From positions 1-62,713 of the forward strand of contig CBEUCC010000001.1 in NCBI GenBank assembly GCA_965541515.1: a stretch of DNA of 62,713 nucleotides, given 5' to 3'. Shown piece by piece: positions 33,258 through 42,608 of the stretch (position 1 is the stretch's first letter; each line of letters starts with the position of its first letter). The notes below the pieces were generated by a model. The model ran no database searches and was not told where the DNA came from. It was given only the letters and a program-made list of their open reading frames with translations. Made by a program: the position numbers and the translations under genes. The DNA is from an uncultured Thermoplasmata archaeon. GTDB lineage: Archaea; Thermoplasmatota; DTKX01; DATEUP01.

Positions 33258-35057
33258 ATGCGGTCGGGCCGCGCGACGACGCTCCTCATCTTCGCGCTTT
33301 TCATGGTGCAGCCGGCGCTCGCCGGCGCCTCCGCGGCTCTTCCCCCCCTCATGGCCCCGGACGAGACCTCGAACCGCCCGTCCTTCAGCGACTCCTGGTG
33401 GGACGAGTACCACACGACGGGCGACGTCTACGACCTCATCAAGAAGATCGCGGCCGACCACCCGGACATCGTCTCGCTGGTCCCCATCGGCACGACCCAC
33501 GAGAACCGGCAGCTCCTCGTGGCCAAAGTCTCGGACAACCCCAACTCGGAGGAGTCAGGCGAGCCCAAGTACATCGTGATGGCCGGTACCCACGCGCGCG
33601 AGTGGACGACCTACCACGCGGGCGCATATTTCCTCAACTACATCACGGGCAACTACCGGAGCGCGGACTCCGGGGGGCCCGCGTACGCCGCCCCGGGCGA
33701 GGCCGACAACGCCTCCTACGCGTCGTGGCTGGTCGACAACCGCGAGATCTACGTCCTGCTCATGGTCAACCCCGACGGCATCGAGTACTCCCACACGACC
33801 GACAACCTCTGGCGCAAGAACCGCGAGCCGAACCTCGGCGCAGCCGGCCAGGTGTGCTACGGCGTCGACATCAACCGCAATTTCGGCTACCACTGGGGCG
33901 AGATCCAGGGCGACTCGCACGTCCCCTGCTCCGAGGTCTACGCGGGCCCCTCGACGGCGCGCACGGAGGGGCCTTCCGTGCTCCGGGGCTGGCGCCCCGG
34001 CGACCCGAACCCCGGCGGCTTCTCGACCGCGGAGGCGGTCGCGATCCGTGACCTGCAGCTGCGCGTACCGTTTTCCACGGCGGTCTCCCTGCATTCCTAC
34101 AGCGAACTCGTGATCTACCCGTGGGGGTACACCAACCAGCCGACGGTCGACCACGAGTACTACGTGGCGATGGCCGAGAAGATGGCCGGGTGGACCGGCT
34201 ACACGCCACTCCAGGGGTACGACCTCTACAAGACGAGCGGTGTATGGGACGACTGGTCGTACGCCGAGACGGGCGCCTACTCATTCACGATCGAGATGGG
34301 GAGGGCCTTCCAGCCGCCGGCCTCGGCGATCATCAACCAGTCCGAGCTGCTCCTTACCTCCCTCATGTACCTCGGCGAGACCGCGGACGACCTCCACATG
34401 GAGGCGCCGACCGTGACGGTCGAGTCCGAACCGCGCGCGCAGGTCGAGCCCAACGCGCCGACCCCGGTGACCGCCCGCGTGGACGCGCCCAAAGCCGTCG
34501 ACGCGGGCTCGGTGACGCTCGTCTATTCGCGCAACGGCGGCGGGAGCTGGTCCGAGGCGCCGATGCGGGAGTCCGGTGACGGCGGGACGACGTTTGTCGG
34601 CAGCCTCCCCGGGCTCTCCCCGGGGATGCAGGCCATCTACTACGTGCGTGTAGTTGACAACGACGGCATCACGCCGACGGGGCCTTTCTCCGCGCCGTAC
34701 TCCGTGCACTTTGCGACCGCCGACAACGGCTTCTTCTTGCAGGTCGGGAGCGTCGGGCTGCTGGCAATCCTTGGCGGTGCGGGCGCGGTCGGCGTCCTGG
34801 TCTACCTGCGCTACTTCCGCGGCGGTGCGTTTGACCTCAAGTTGCCCCCGGTCCCCGGCCTCCGGCGCCGGCGCGCTGTGGACAGGGACCCGACCCCCGA
34901 GGTCGAGCCCCTGTACCCGCCGGCGCCCCGGCGCGTGCCCGCCGTCATTGCCAAACCGCGCCGCGTGGTGGACGCGGGCCCGGGCGGGGGGGACGTCTCA
35001 TCGTACATCGACTCGAGGCCCCGCCTCAAGCGGTTCCTCGAGGACGGCGAACTCTAG
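33258..35057 (+). CDS. M14-family zinc carboxypeptidase, secreted, with C-terminal TM anchor and cytoplasmic tail
   Basis: MRSGRATTLLIFALFMVQPALAGASA signal. ...AGTHAREWTT (HxxE zinc motif), NPDG, ...SLHSYSELVIYPWGY. TM VGLLAILGGAGAVGVLVYL. Confidence 0.8.
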   Translation: MRSGRATTLLIFALFMVQPALAGASAALPPLMAPDETSNRPSFSDSWWDEYHTTGDVYDLIKKIAADHPDIVSLVPIGTTHENRQLLVAKVSDNPNSEESGEPKYIVMAGTHAREWTTYHAGAYFLNYITGNYRSADSGGPAYAAPGEADNASYASWLVDNREIYVLLMVNPDGIEYSHTTDNLWRKNREPNLGAAGQVCYGVDINRNFGYHWGEIQGDSHVPCSEVYAGPSTARTEGPSVLRGWRPGDPNPGGFSTAEAVAIRDLQLRVPFSTAVSLHSYSELVIYPWGYTNQPTVDHEYYVAMAEKMAGWTGYTPLQGYDLYKTSGVWDDWSYAETGAYSFTIEMGRAFQPPASAIINQSELLLTSLMYLGETADDLHMEAPTVTVESEPRAQVEPNAPTPVTARVDAPKAVDAGSVTLVYSRNGGGSWSEAPMRESGDGGTTFVGSLPGLSPGMQAIYYVRVVDNDGITPTGPFSAPYSVHFATADNGFFLQVGSVGLLAILGGAGAVGVLVYLRYFRGGAFDLKLPPVPGLRRRRAVDRDPTPEVEPLYPPAPRRVPAVIAKPRRVVDAGPGGGDVSSYIDSRPRLKRFLEDGEL

Positions 35058-35064
35058 GCCGCCC

Positions 35065-35475
35065 CTACTTGCCCCGCCGCAACCCGGCCCGCGTCATCCC
35101 GTCGTCGTGGTAGTCGACGGATTCCCCCTCGCCCACCTGGAGCCGCGCGGCGACGTCCCCCTCGAAGTCGCCCCCGCGCAGCGAGACGGTGAGCACCGCC
35201 TCCTTCCCGAACGATATGACGATGCTCTGGCCGGGGGTGTATTGGACGTCCGACACCGGCTGCCCGCGCAGCCGCTTCAGTTGCCGGATGAACGCCCTCG
35301 AGCCCGAGGCGACGGGTTCCGTATCACCCGCAAGCTGCGCGCGCGAGGCGACCTCGAGCTCCGCGGCCTCCTCGTTCCCCACGCGGAACGAGAGCCGCGT
35401 CTTGCGCTTTTCGACCGAGACCTTCGCGAAAGTGAACCCGAGGAGGTCGAGCAGGGGGTCGCGCTCGTGCTGCAA
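35065..35475 (-). CDS. Hypothetical protein (136 aa), co-directional and 24 nt downstream of metK
   Basis: ORF only; no family recognised. Confidence 0.45.
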   Translation of the reverse strand: MQHERDPLLDLLGFTFAKVSVEKRKTRLSFRVGNEEAAELEVASRAQLAGDTEPVASGSRAFIRQLKRLRGQPVSDVQYTPGQSIVISFGKEAVLTVSLRGGDFEGDVAARLQVGEGESVDYHDDGMTRAGLRRGK

Positions 35476-35499
35476 GCGTCCCCCGCCCCCGGTGCGCCT

Positions 35500-36687
35500 T
35501 CAAGCGTTCTGCTCCGAGAGCCGCCTGAGGCGCCGGGCCTTGTCCGTGCGCTCCCATGTGAACTCGGGTTCCTCGCGGCCGTAGTGGCCGAAAGCCGCCG
35601 TCTTCTTGTAGATCGGGCGCCGCAGGTTCAGGTACTCGATCATCTTCCACGGGACGAAGCTGAACACCTGGCGCACCGCCTTTTCGATCGCCTCCTCAGG
35701 CAGTTCCGAGGTGCCGTAGGTCTCGACGAGCAGCGACACGGGCTCCCGCACGCCAATCGCGTAGGCCAGCTGTACCTCGCACTCGTCGGCGAGCCCCGCC
35801 GCCACGACCGTCTTGGCGACGTGGCGCGCCATGTAGGAGGCGGTGCGGTCTACCTTCGACGGGTCCTTGCCCGAGAACGCCCCGCCGCCGTGCGAACCGT
35901 ATCCGCCGTAGGTGTCGACGATGATCTTGCGGCCCGTGAGCCCCACGTCGGCGCGGGGGCCCCCCATCACGAACTTCCCCGTCTCGTTGACGTAGAACTT
36001 CGTCTTGGTGTCGGCAAACCCGTCCGGGAAGCTGGGGCGGATGACCTCGGCGATGATGTCCCGCTTGATCTTCGTGTGGCTCACCACGTCCTTGTGCATC
36101 GCAGCAACGACGACACCCTGGAGGCGGTAGGGGCGCCCGTCGCGGTACTCGATCGTGACCTGCGACTTGCCGTCCGGGTAGAGGTAGTCGAGCGTCCCGT
36201 CCCTCCGGACCTTCCCGAGCCGCTCCGTCACGCGGTGCGCGAAGTAGATGGGCGCCGGCATCAGCGTGGGCGTCTGGTCGCACGCGAACCCGAACATGAG
36301 CCCCTGGTCGCCCGCGCCCATCGCCATGCGGCTCTTTCGGTTGACCCCCCGCGCGATGTCCAGCGACTGGGGCTTGATCGACGAGACCACGCCGACCGTC
36401 TGCCAGTCGAACCCGGTGGCGGGGTCGTCGTACCCGATCTCCTTGATCGTGTTGCGCACGACGGCGACGAAGTCACAGTATGCCTTGGTCGTGATCTCGC
36501 CAGCGACGAAGGCCATCCCCGTGGAGACGAGGGTCTCGACGGCCACGCGGCAGTCCGGGTCCTGCGCGATGATGTCGTCCAGGATCGCGTCGGAGATGTG
36601 GTCGGCGACCTTGTCGGGGTGGCCGTCGGCCACCGACTCGCTCGTGAAGAGGTGCGGGCGCGATGTGTACAGCCGCGGCCGGGCCAT
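35500..36687 (-). CDS. metK: S-adenosylmethionine synthetase, bacterial/eukaryotic MetK type
   Basis: LFTSESVADGHPDKVADHISDAILD..., GAGDQGLMFGFA, GGGAFSGKDPSKVDRS-like motifs. ATG at 36687 (the track start at 36759 is over-extended). Confidence 0.9.
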   Translation of the reverse strand: MARPRLYTSRPHLFTSESVADGHPDKVADHISDAILDDIIAQDPDCRVAVETLVSTGMAFVAGEITTKAYCDFVAVVRNTIKEIGYDDPATGFDWQTVGVVSSIKPQSLDIARGVNRKSRMAMGAGDQGLMFGFACDQTPTLMPAPIYFAHRVTERLGKVRRDGTLDYLYPDGKSQVTIEYRDGRPYRLQGVVVAAMHKDVVSHTKIKRDIIAEVIRPSFPDGFADTKTKFYVNETGKFVMGGPRADVGLTGRKIIVDTYGGYGSHGGGAFSGKDPSKVDRTASYMARHVAKTVVAAGLADECEVQLAYAIGVREPVSLLVETYGTSELPEEAIEKAVRQVFSFVPWKMIEYLNLRRPIYKKTAAFGHYGREEPEFTWERTDKARRLRRLSEQNA

Positions 36688-37076
36688 CTTCGGTGTGTCG
36701 GCCTTCCTTTTGGTCTTCTTCCTGGCTGCCACGGCACATGTCCCCCCAGTTGGCTTCAAGGCTCGACCGAAGCGTAGCGCCGGGAAGCGCCGCGCTCTTC
36801 AAAAGCATTACGGGTGCCGGGAATGGCGCGCGGGGTGCGTTGCTCGGGGGCGCGCTAGAAGTCCCGAATGAGTGCGGCGAATTGCGACTGTGATGGGGCG
36901 CGTCGGGTGCGTGCGGCCGGTCTGGGGCCGCTTGCCTCCGCGCGGAGACGGCCGCGTGCACGCCGGGGCGCTAGCGACGTTGCTGGCTCGGCCGCTGGCC
37001 GCCGCCAACCTTCAAATATGACCACCGGGCTTGCCCCATTCCCGCACCCCGCGGGAAACGCCCTCTCAGGAGTTGG

Positions 37077-37709
37077 ATGACGCTGGCCCAGTCCCTCTAC
37101 TCGCGTGTCGGCGAGACATGGCACAAAGCGAGCGAGGAGAAGGAGGAGCTCGACTGGGCACGCAAGATCGAGTGGCGCAAGGGCGAGTCGTTCGTCCGTG
37201 TCGAGCGCCCGCTCCGGCTTGACCGCGCGCGCGCCCTCGGCTACCGTGCAAAGGCCGGCTTCGTGGTCGTGCGCGCGCGTGTGCGGCGCGGTTCGCTTCG
37301 CAAGCGGCGCTTCAACCACGGCCGGAAACCCCGGTCGATGGGTGTCCGCAAGATCACGGCCTCGAAGAGCATTCAGCGGATCGGGGAGGAGCGCGTGGCC
37401 AAGCGTTACCCCAACTGCGAGGTGCTCGCCTCCTACTGGGTCGGCGATGACGGGAAGAACTACTACTACGAGGTGATCCTCGTGGACACCTCGCACCCGG
37501 CGATCAAGAATGACCCCAAGATCAACTGGATCTGCCAGCCGCAGCACCACGGGCGCGCGTACCGGGGGCTCACCCCCGCAGGCAAGCGCGGGAGGGGCCT
37601 TGGCAAGAAGGGCAAGGGGTCAGAAAAGACGCGGCCGTCGGTCGCCAAGAGCGTGAGCCGCTCGCACCAACGCGTCCAGATGACGCCCCACAAGATCCGC
37701 CGGTGGTGA
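37077..37709 (+). CDS. rpl15e: Large-subunit ribosomal protein L15e
   Basis: ...RLDRARALGYRAKAGFVVVRARVRRGSLRKRR...NSYWVGDDGKNYYYEVILVDTSHPAI...GKGSEKTRPS closely follows archaeal L15e. CAGGAG lies 4 nt upstream of the ATG. Confidence 0.9.
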   Translation: MTLAQSLYSRVGETWHKASEEKEELDWARKIEWRKGESFVRVERPLRLDRARALGYRAKAGFVVVRARVRRGSLRKRRFNHGRKPRSMGVRKITASKSIQRIGEERVAKRYPNCEVLASYWVGDDGKNYYYEVILVDTSHPAIKNDPKINWICQPQHHGRAYRGLTPAGKRGRGLGKKGKGSEKTRPSVAKSVSRSHQRVQMTPHKIRRW

Positions 37710-37976
37710 ACCGGCAGGTCCGGCACTCTCACGGGGGTAGCGTCCGCGCTCCCGGCAGGGGAGGGCGGCCATCAACGCGGTTGCAATTCGCGCCCGCCAA
37801 TTCGGTTCGCGTGCCAAGTGTGTTCAACCACCCAGACACACCCGACTGGCGGGGGCCAGGTCCCGCCCCCTCCCTCGAATCCGCTATATAGGCTTGCACG
37901 GTGCCCAAATGCGCTGAAAGGAGCCCCCTCGCCAGTGTGCCGGGATTAGTGCGGGGAATCAAACGATGTCTGACAA

Positions 37977-37986
37977 CCTTTAACTC
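37977..37986 (+). promoter_or_regulatory. TATA-like CCTTTAACTC about 30 nt upstream of the ATG at 38009
   Basis: Same CTTTAAC core as the lipoprotein promoters. Suggests a short-leader or leaderless mRNA for the C25-like gene. Confidence 0.4.
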
Positions 37987-38008
37987 GCGCTCGGCCAAGC
38001 GCCGTCCG

Positions 38009-41000
38009 ATGCGTCGTCGCCCCTCGAAGCCCCTAGCGGTGGCTGCCGTACTCGCTCTCCTCCTCCCCCTCGCGCCGCTTGCGGCCACCCCCGCGTCGGC
38101 CGCGCCCACCATCTACCCGCTTGACCCGATCCCCGGCCTCGAGTATGTCGCGATCGCCCCCGTCAACTGGGCCGACCACCTCATCCCGCTCATCGACTGG
38201 AAGACTGAGAAGGGCGTCCCCGCGCAGACCTTCACGGTCGAGAGCATCTACTCCACCTTCACGCGAGGGCGCGACAGCGCGGAGAAGCTCCACGACTTCC
38301 TCCAGGACCTCTACTACAACAAGACCGCGGGCTCCCCGCGCTGGCTGCTGCTCGTGGGCGACGGTGACTGGACGGGACCGACGATGCCGCTGCGCGAGGT
38401 CTACACGAACTCGCAACTGGACAATGACTATGGCAACAACGGCAACTGGTACACGACGGACACGTACTTCGGGAACCTCGAGAGCGACTGGGACGAGGAC
38501 GGCGACGGGGTCTTCGGCGAGCTGGACGAGGGCGACTGGACGCCGGAGATGTACGTGGGCCGCGTTCCGGTCGACGACGACACGGAGCTCGACCGGTGGG
38601 TCGTGAGGCAACTCAAGTACGAGCGCGACCCGGCGCCGGGCCCGTGGCAGACGCGCGGGATCCTCGCGGGCGCGCTGATGGACCGCCCGAACATCATAGA
38701 CGACCCGTTCACCGCCACGGACGAGGGCTTCGACCCCTTCTCGGACAACGCGCGCCGCGTGAACGAGGAGATCGCGGCGCTCCTGCCCGACGTCTTCGAC
38801 CTGACGCGCATCTACGACTACCCGTTCTTTGACGGCGGGCAGTACACGTCGGCGACGGACACGCTCGTGGCCGGCGCGGTGCGCGCCGCGCTTGACTCGG
38901 GCGCTTCGTTCCTGGCGCTCGAGGGGCACGGGTACACCTCGAACCGCGGGGTGGCCCAGTACAACGACCCCCAGGGGAAGATGAGCATCTGGCGCTCAGA
39001 CAGCGAGCAGCCGGCCCTCACCTATGCCGAGGTCCTCAACCTCACGAACGGCGACATGCGCCCCTTCGTGTACGTGTCGGCCTGCTACTCGGGCGACTTC
39101 ACGGACCGCGACGACACCTCGTTCGAGGCGTTCCTCACGGCGCCGATGGGTGGCGCGGTCGCGGTCGTTGCCGGCAACGGAGAGAACTACCGCATCGAGA
39201 ACGTCTCGGGCCAGCAGGGGTACGGCAACTGGTGGCTGGAGCGCGAGTACTTCCACATGCTATTCCAGGAAGGGTACTCGCAGCCGGGCAAGATCCTGGG
39301 CGACCTGAAGACGCGCTACAACGCGTATTTCCAGAGCCAGGGGCCGACCGACTGGATCAACCAGCAGTACTTCCGGGCCCAGCGGGTCTCGTACAACCTC
39401 ATGGGCGACCCCGAGTTCGCGCTCATCACTGCGTCGGTGGCGCCCCTTGCGGCCGCGCCGGAGCGCCAGCCCTTCGCGGGGGAGACGGCGGTGACGATCC
39501 GCGTGACGTCCGCCGGGGACATCCCCGTAAGGGACGCGCTCGTGCGCATCGAGGGCCCCCACGGGGACGCGCACGGCCGGACCGACGCGGGCGGGCGCGT
39601 AACGCTGTCCTATGCGTTTGCGGACGTGCAGGCGGCCAACCTCACCGTGACGGCGCAGAACCACTTCCCGCTCTCCACGAGTTTCGTGCCGGCCCAGCCC
39701 GACCGAAACCTGGCATTCGACCCGCCCACGCTCGAGGCGCCGGGCGCGGTCAGAGCGGGCTCCGTCGTCAATGTCGGCGCCACGGTGGTGGCGCGGGGCA
39801 TCGAGCCGTTTCGGGACGTCACGGTCGAGTTCCGGACGCAGGACCCGACGACCGGCCCCCTCATCGGTGCGGCCGTGCTCCCCCTCATCGAGCCGGGCAG
39901 CCCCGTGCACGTGTCCCACGACTTTGTGCTCCCCACGGTCGGCGACACGCTCGTCTACTTCAAGATCGACCCAGCGGGGCTGCTAACGGAGGACACGCGC
40001 GCCGACAACCTCGCGTTTGTGCTGCTGCACGCCAACCACCCGCCGTCGTTCTCCGTGCTCCCGCTCATCTCGATCCGCGAAGGGACGGTCGTGGCGGGCG
40101 CGCTCAACCTGACCGCCTACTCGACCGACCGCGACAACGGGGCGCTCGCGCTCTCCTACAGTGTGCTCTCGGTGAGCGACGGGCGGCTCGAGGCGGTGCT
40201 CGAGGGGCGGGAGCTCAGCCTCGTCGCCGCTGATGGTTGGTCGGGGCAGGCGACGGTGATCCTCGAGGCCACGGACGGGATCGACCGGGCAATCGCGGAG
40301 CTCACCGTCGAGGTGACTCGGAGCAACGCGCCGCCGGTGATCGAGCCCATCATGCGCGTCACGGTGGCGCAGGACCAGACGCGGATCATCGAACTCAAAG
40401 GGAGCGACCCGGAGGGAGCGCTGCTCGTCTGGTCGGTGGACATGGCGCCGCTCGCGGAGCTTGTGCAGGGCAGCTCGCTCCAGGTGACGGGGAGTCCGGA
40501 CATGGTTGGCCGGCACCTAGTCACCGTAACGGCCAGTGACGGCGCGACCACGGCGCGGCACATATTCATCGTGGAGGTCGTGGAGGGCGAGCGGCCGATC
40601 GACGTCCGCAACCCGCCGCGGATCAAAACGTCGGCGGGGCGCACGCTCGTCATCGACCTCAACCAGGTCACGGACGACCCGGACGTGGAGTTCGTCACCG
40701 ACCGCAGCGATGTCACCATCGACAACGACGCGCGGACGCTCACGTTCACGCCGGCGGAAGGTCCGGCGCGCCTCGAGACGATCCAACTGACAGCCACGAA
40801 GCCGGGGCAAGCGTCCGCGCGCGTCGCGATCAGCGTCGAGGTCGTGGGGCCCGGCGGCGCCGTCGACGCGCTCGGCGGTGAGGGGGCGGCGCTTGCCGCA
40901 TTCGCGGCCGCATTCGCGGCGATTGCCGCGGTGGTCGGCCTGACGCTTTGGAGGACGCACCAGGGGCGGCTGCGGGACGAGCGCGCGTTCCGGCTGCCGG

Positions 41001-41218
41001 GAAAGCCCCCGAGCGCGCGGCGAAAAGCAGGGTCCGCAGGGAAGGGCAAGAAGAAGGGCGCGAAGAAGGGCGCCGGGAAGGGCACCGGGAAGGGCACCGG
41101 GAAGGGCACCGGGAAGGGGACGAAGAAGCCAGGTTCGGCCAAGAAGGCCTCCGACCCGGCGGCACCCAAGAAAACGGGTGAGGGCGGCGACGAGGCCGAG
41201 GGCGCGCGGAAACCTTAA
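38009..41218 (+). CDS. Secreted C25 (gingipain-like, caspase-fold) cysteine peptidase with Ig/cadherin-like repeats, TM anchor and Lys/Gly-rich cytoplasmic tail
   Basis: Signal MRRRPSKPLAVAAVLALLLPLAPLAATPASA. ...PRWLLLVGDGDW...MPLREVY. Catalytic-dyad-like FLALEGHGY and FVYVSACYSGDF. TM AFAAAFAAIAAVVGLTLW. Tail ...GKGKKKGAKKGAGKGTGKGTGKGTGKGTKKPG... Confidence 0.7.
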   Translation: MRRRPSKPLAVAAVLALLLPLAPLAATPASAAPTIYPLDPIPGLEYVAIAPVNWADHLIPLIDWKTEKGVPAQTFTVESIYSTFTRGRDSAEKLHDFLQDLYYNKTAGSPRWLLLVGDGDWTGPTMPLREVYTNSQLDNDYGNNGNWYTTDTYFGNLESDWDEDGDGVFGELDEGDWTPEMYVGRVPVDDDTELDRWVVRQLKYERDPAPGPWQTRGILAGALMDRPNIIDDPFTATDEGFDPFSDNARRVNEEIAALLPDVFDLTRIYDYPFFDGGQYTSATDTLVAGAVRAALDSGASFLALEGHGYTSNRGVAQYNDPQGKMSIWRSDSEQPALTYAEVLNLTNGDMRPFVYVSACYSGDFTDRDDTSFEAFLTAPMGGAVAVVAGNGENYRIENVSGQQGYGNWWLEREYFHMLFQEGYSQPGKILGDLKTRYNAYFQSQGPTDWINQQYFRAQRVSYNLMGDPEFALITASVAPLAAAPERQPFAGETAVTIRVTSAGDIPVRDALVRIEGPHGDAHGRTDAGGRVTLSYAFADVQAANLTVTAQNHFPLSTSFVPAQPDRNLAFDPPTLEAPGAVRAGSVVNVGATVVARGIEPFRDVTVEFRTQDPTTGPLIGAAVLPLIEPGSPVHVSHDFVLPTVGDTLVYFKIDPAGLLTEDTRADNLAFVLLHANHPPSFSVLPLISIREGTVVAGALNLTAYSTDRDNGALALSYSVLSVSDGRLEAVLEGRELSLVAADGWSGQATVILEATDGIDRAIAELTVEVTRSNAPPVIEPIMRVTVAQDQTRIIELKGSDPEGALLVWSVDMAPLAELVQGSSLQVTGSPDMVGRHLVTVTASDGATTARHIFIVEVVEGERPIDVRNPPRIKTSAGRTLVIDLNQVTDDPDVEFVTDRSDVTIDNDARTLTFTPAEGPARLETIQLTATKPGQASARVAISVEVVGPGGAVDALGGEGAALAAFAAAFAAIAAVVGLTLWRTHQGRLRDERAFRLPGKPPSARRKAGSAGKGKKKGAKKGAGKGTGKGTGKGTGKGTKKPGSAKKASDPAAPKKTGEGGDEAEGARKP

Positions 41219-41257
41219 GGCGGCGGCGAGTTTCCCCGACATCCCACCACCTTCCGT

Positions 41258-41330
41258 GGGCAGGTAGATCAGCTGGCAGATCGCGTGCTTCGCAAGCACG
41301 AGGCCACGGGTTCAAATCCCGTCCTGTCCA
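41258..41330 (+). tRNA. tRNA-Ala (anticodon CGC)
   Basis: Hand-folded cloverleaf: acceptor GGGCAGG/CCTGTCC with the G3:U70 alanine identity pair; anticodon arm CGTGC-TTCGCAA-GCACG; T arm ACGGG-TTCAAAT-CCCGT; discriminator A. No encoded CCA. Confidence 0.9.
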
Positions 41331-41511
41331 CTCCCTCTCTTCCCGGACAGATTTCCCACCCAAAGTGCCACGGGACACGCTAGAGGTGCACGACGCGAAC
41401 GCGGCATGGAACGCACGTCGACCACGCATGCCAGGCGCGCGGTTTCGACCTCCGAACACATCAGGGGGGAGTTGAAATAGGCCCCCGTCCCTCGGCGACC
41501 TTGGGACTCGT

Positions 41512-42465
41512 ATGGGCCTACCAACCGCGATCGCGATTCTGACTGCCATTTCGCTCGTCTGGTCGCCGGCCTTCGTCGCCGTCTCCGATTGGCAAGCGGA
41601 AGATCCACCGGTGCTCCCTCCGGCCGATGCAGGTCTGGAGCTTTCCGACGGCGGAATGGGGCGCGTGCACGTGGAGGCGCAAGACGCGATCGTCCCCGGC
41701 GCTCTTGGTGGACTCGCAAAGCCCGGCGGCAGCGTTGAAACGGCTCCAGCCCCCCTGATACTCCCGACGTTGGAGGAAGCGGTACCCGACGTGGTTGCCG
41801 GCGAAAACGTAATGGAGGACCTCCCCCCCGCACTAGCCGAGACGGTTGCCGCCGACCCAACGCCGTCGGGGCCCGCGGCGGCTCCCGCTGGGGCTCAGCC
41901 GGTTCTACAGGCGGCCCCTGTGCCGATGAGTGACGACCACCACGACGACAACTCTTCAGGGGGCGACGATCACAACCTGAGCTACTGCGTGGGCCTTGGC
42001 GACTGGCAGAACTGGAGCCGGCTCATCAACTGGACCGCGCTCTCGGAGCTCTCGAGTTCGTTCAACTTGTCGGACTTCATCAACTGGACCGCCGTCTACG
42101 AGCAGGTCGATTGGGATGAATTGGTGGATCTCTACGAGAACTGGACCTGGGACGACTGGATGGACCTGATCCACGGGACCGGCGACGTGAACCTCAGCGA
42201 CCTGCAGGACTGGGTAACGATCCTGGAGGGGGTGGACTGGGCGAACTGGACGGTGCTTGTCAACTGGTCCGCCATCGAGGACTGGCTCGACCAAGTCAAC
42301 TGGAGCCAGTGGTGGCAACTTGGGAACCTCCTGAACTGGAGCGCCTGGCGCGATTTGTACGAAGCCTACGAGGACAGCGGATGTGGCGGTTGGGAGCACG
42401 GCCACCCGTGGCGCCACTGGGCGGTGTGGCTCTATTGGCTCCACGGGAACGACTGGAGAGACTGA
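41512..42465 (+). CDS. Secreted Trp-rich acidic protein with repeated N-W-S/T motifs
   Basis: Signal-like MGLPTAIAILTAISLVWSPAFVAV. The C-terminal ~150 aa contain about 24 Trp and eight NW[ST] tripeptides (hand count). No C-terminal TM. Confidence 0.65.
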   Translation: MGLPTAIAILTAISLVWSPAFVAVSDWQAEDPPVLPPADAGLELSDGGMGRVHVEAQDAIVPGALGGLAKPGGSVETAPAPLILPTLEEAVPDVVAGENVMEDLPPALAETVAADPTPSGPAAAPAGAQPVLQAAPVPMSDDHHDDNSSGGDDHNLSYCVGLGDWQNWSRLINWTALSELSSSFNLSDFINWTAVYEQVDWDELVDLYENWTWDDWMDLIHGTGDVNLSDLQDWVTILEGVDWANWTVLVNWSAIEDWLDQVNWSQWWQLGNLLNWSAWRDLYEAYEDSGCGGWEHGHPWRHWAVWLYWLHGNDWRD

Positions 42466-42608
42466 AGCCCGCGCGATCCACGCCTGGGACCCCGGTCCTG
42501 AAAAGTCGCGGTTATTACGTTCCTACGGGAATCGTCCCCCCAGCTACATGGCATGGCCCCGACGAGTGTCCGGGAGGGCGACTCGTGGTGACTTCTCCTT
42601 CTCGCATT

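Noticed and set aside
34654-36777. 707-aa plus-strand ORF
   Set aside because: It is antisense to metK and to the 35065-35475 gene, it overlaps the M14 gene's 3' end out of frame, and it has no recognisable motifs. Its composition is that of a GC-rich antisense artefact.
36688-36800. SAM riboswitch in the metK leader
   Set aside because: I could not find any recognisable SAM-I/II/V or SAM-SAH core sequence or pseudoknot pattern. Riboswitches of these classes are not established in archaea.
36850-36875. RNase P RNA, prompted by GAAGUCCCGAAUG resembling the CR-I GAAAGUCCGGGC box
   Set aside because: The match is partial. The other universally conserved RNase P elements (ACAGAA, GUAAC-type loops) are absent and the available space is too short.
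41076-41120. Short tandem DNA repeats as possible CRISPR or regulatory arrays (also 43899-43928 and the GCC/GCG runs at 48230-48260 and 53025-53045)
   Set aside because: The units are 9-12 nt, contiguous without spacers, and lie inside coding frames where they encode low-complexity peptide (GKGT, ART, poly-Pro, poly-Ala). I saw no CRISPR-like repeat-spacer structure anywhere in the window.
39232-41299. ORFs of 219-337 aa on both strands within the C25-like gene
   Set aside because: They are off-frame or antisense to a frame with a signal peptide, a catalytic-dyad-like motif and a TM anchor.
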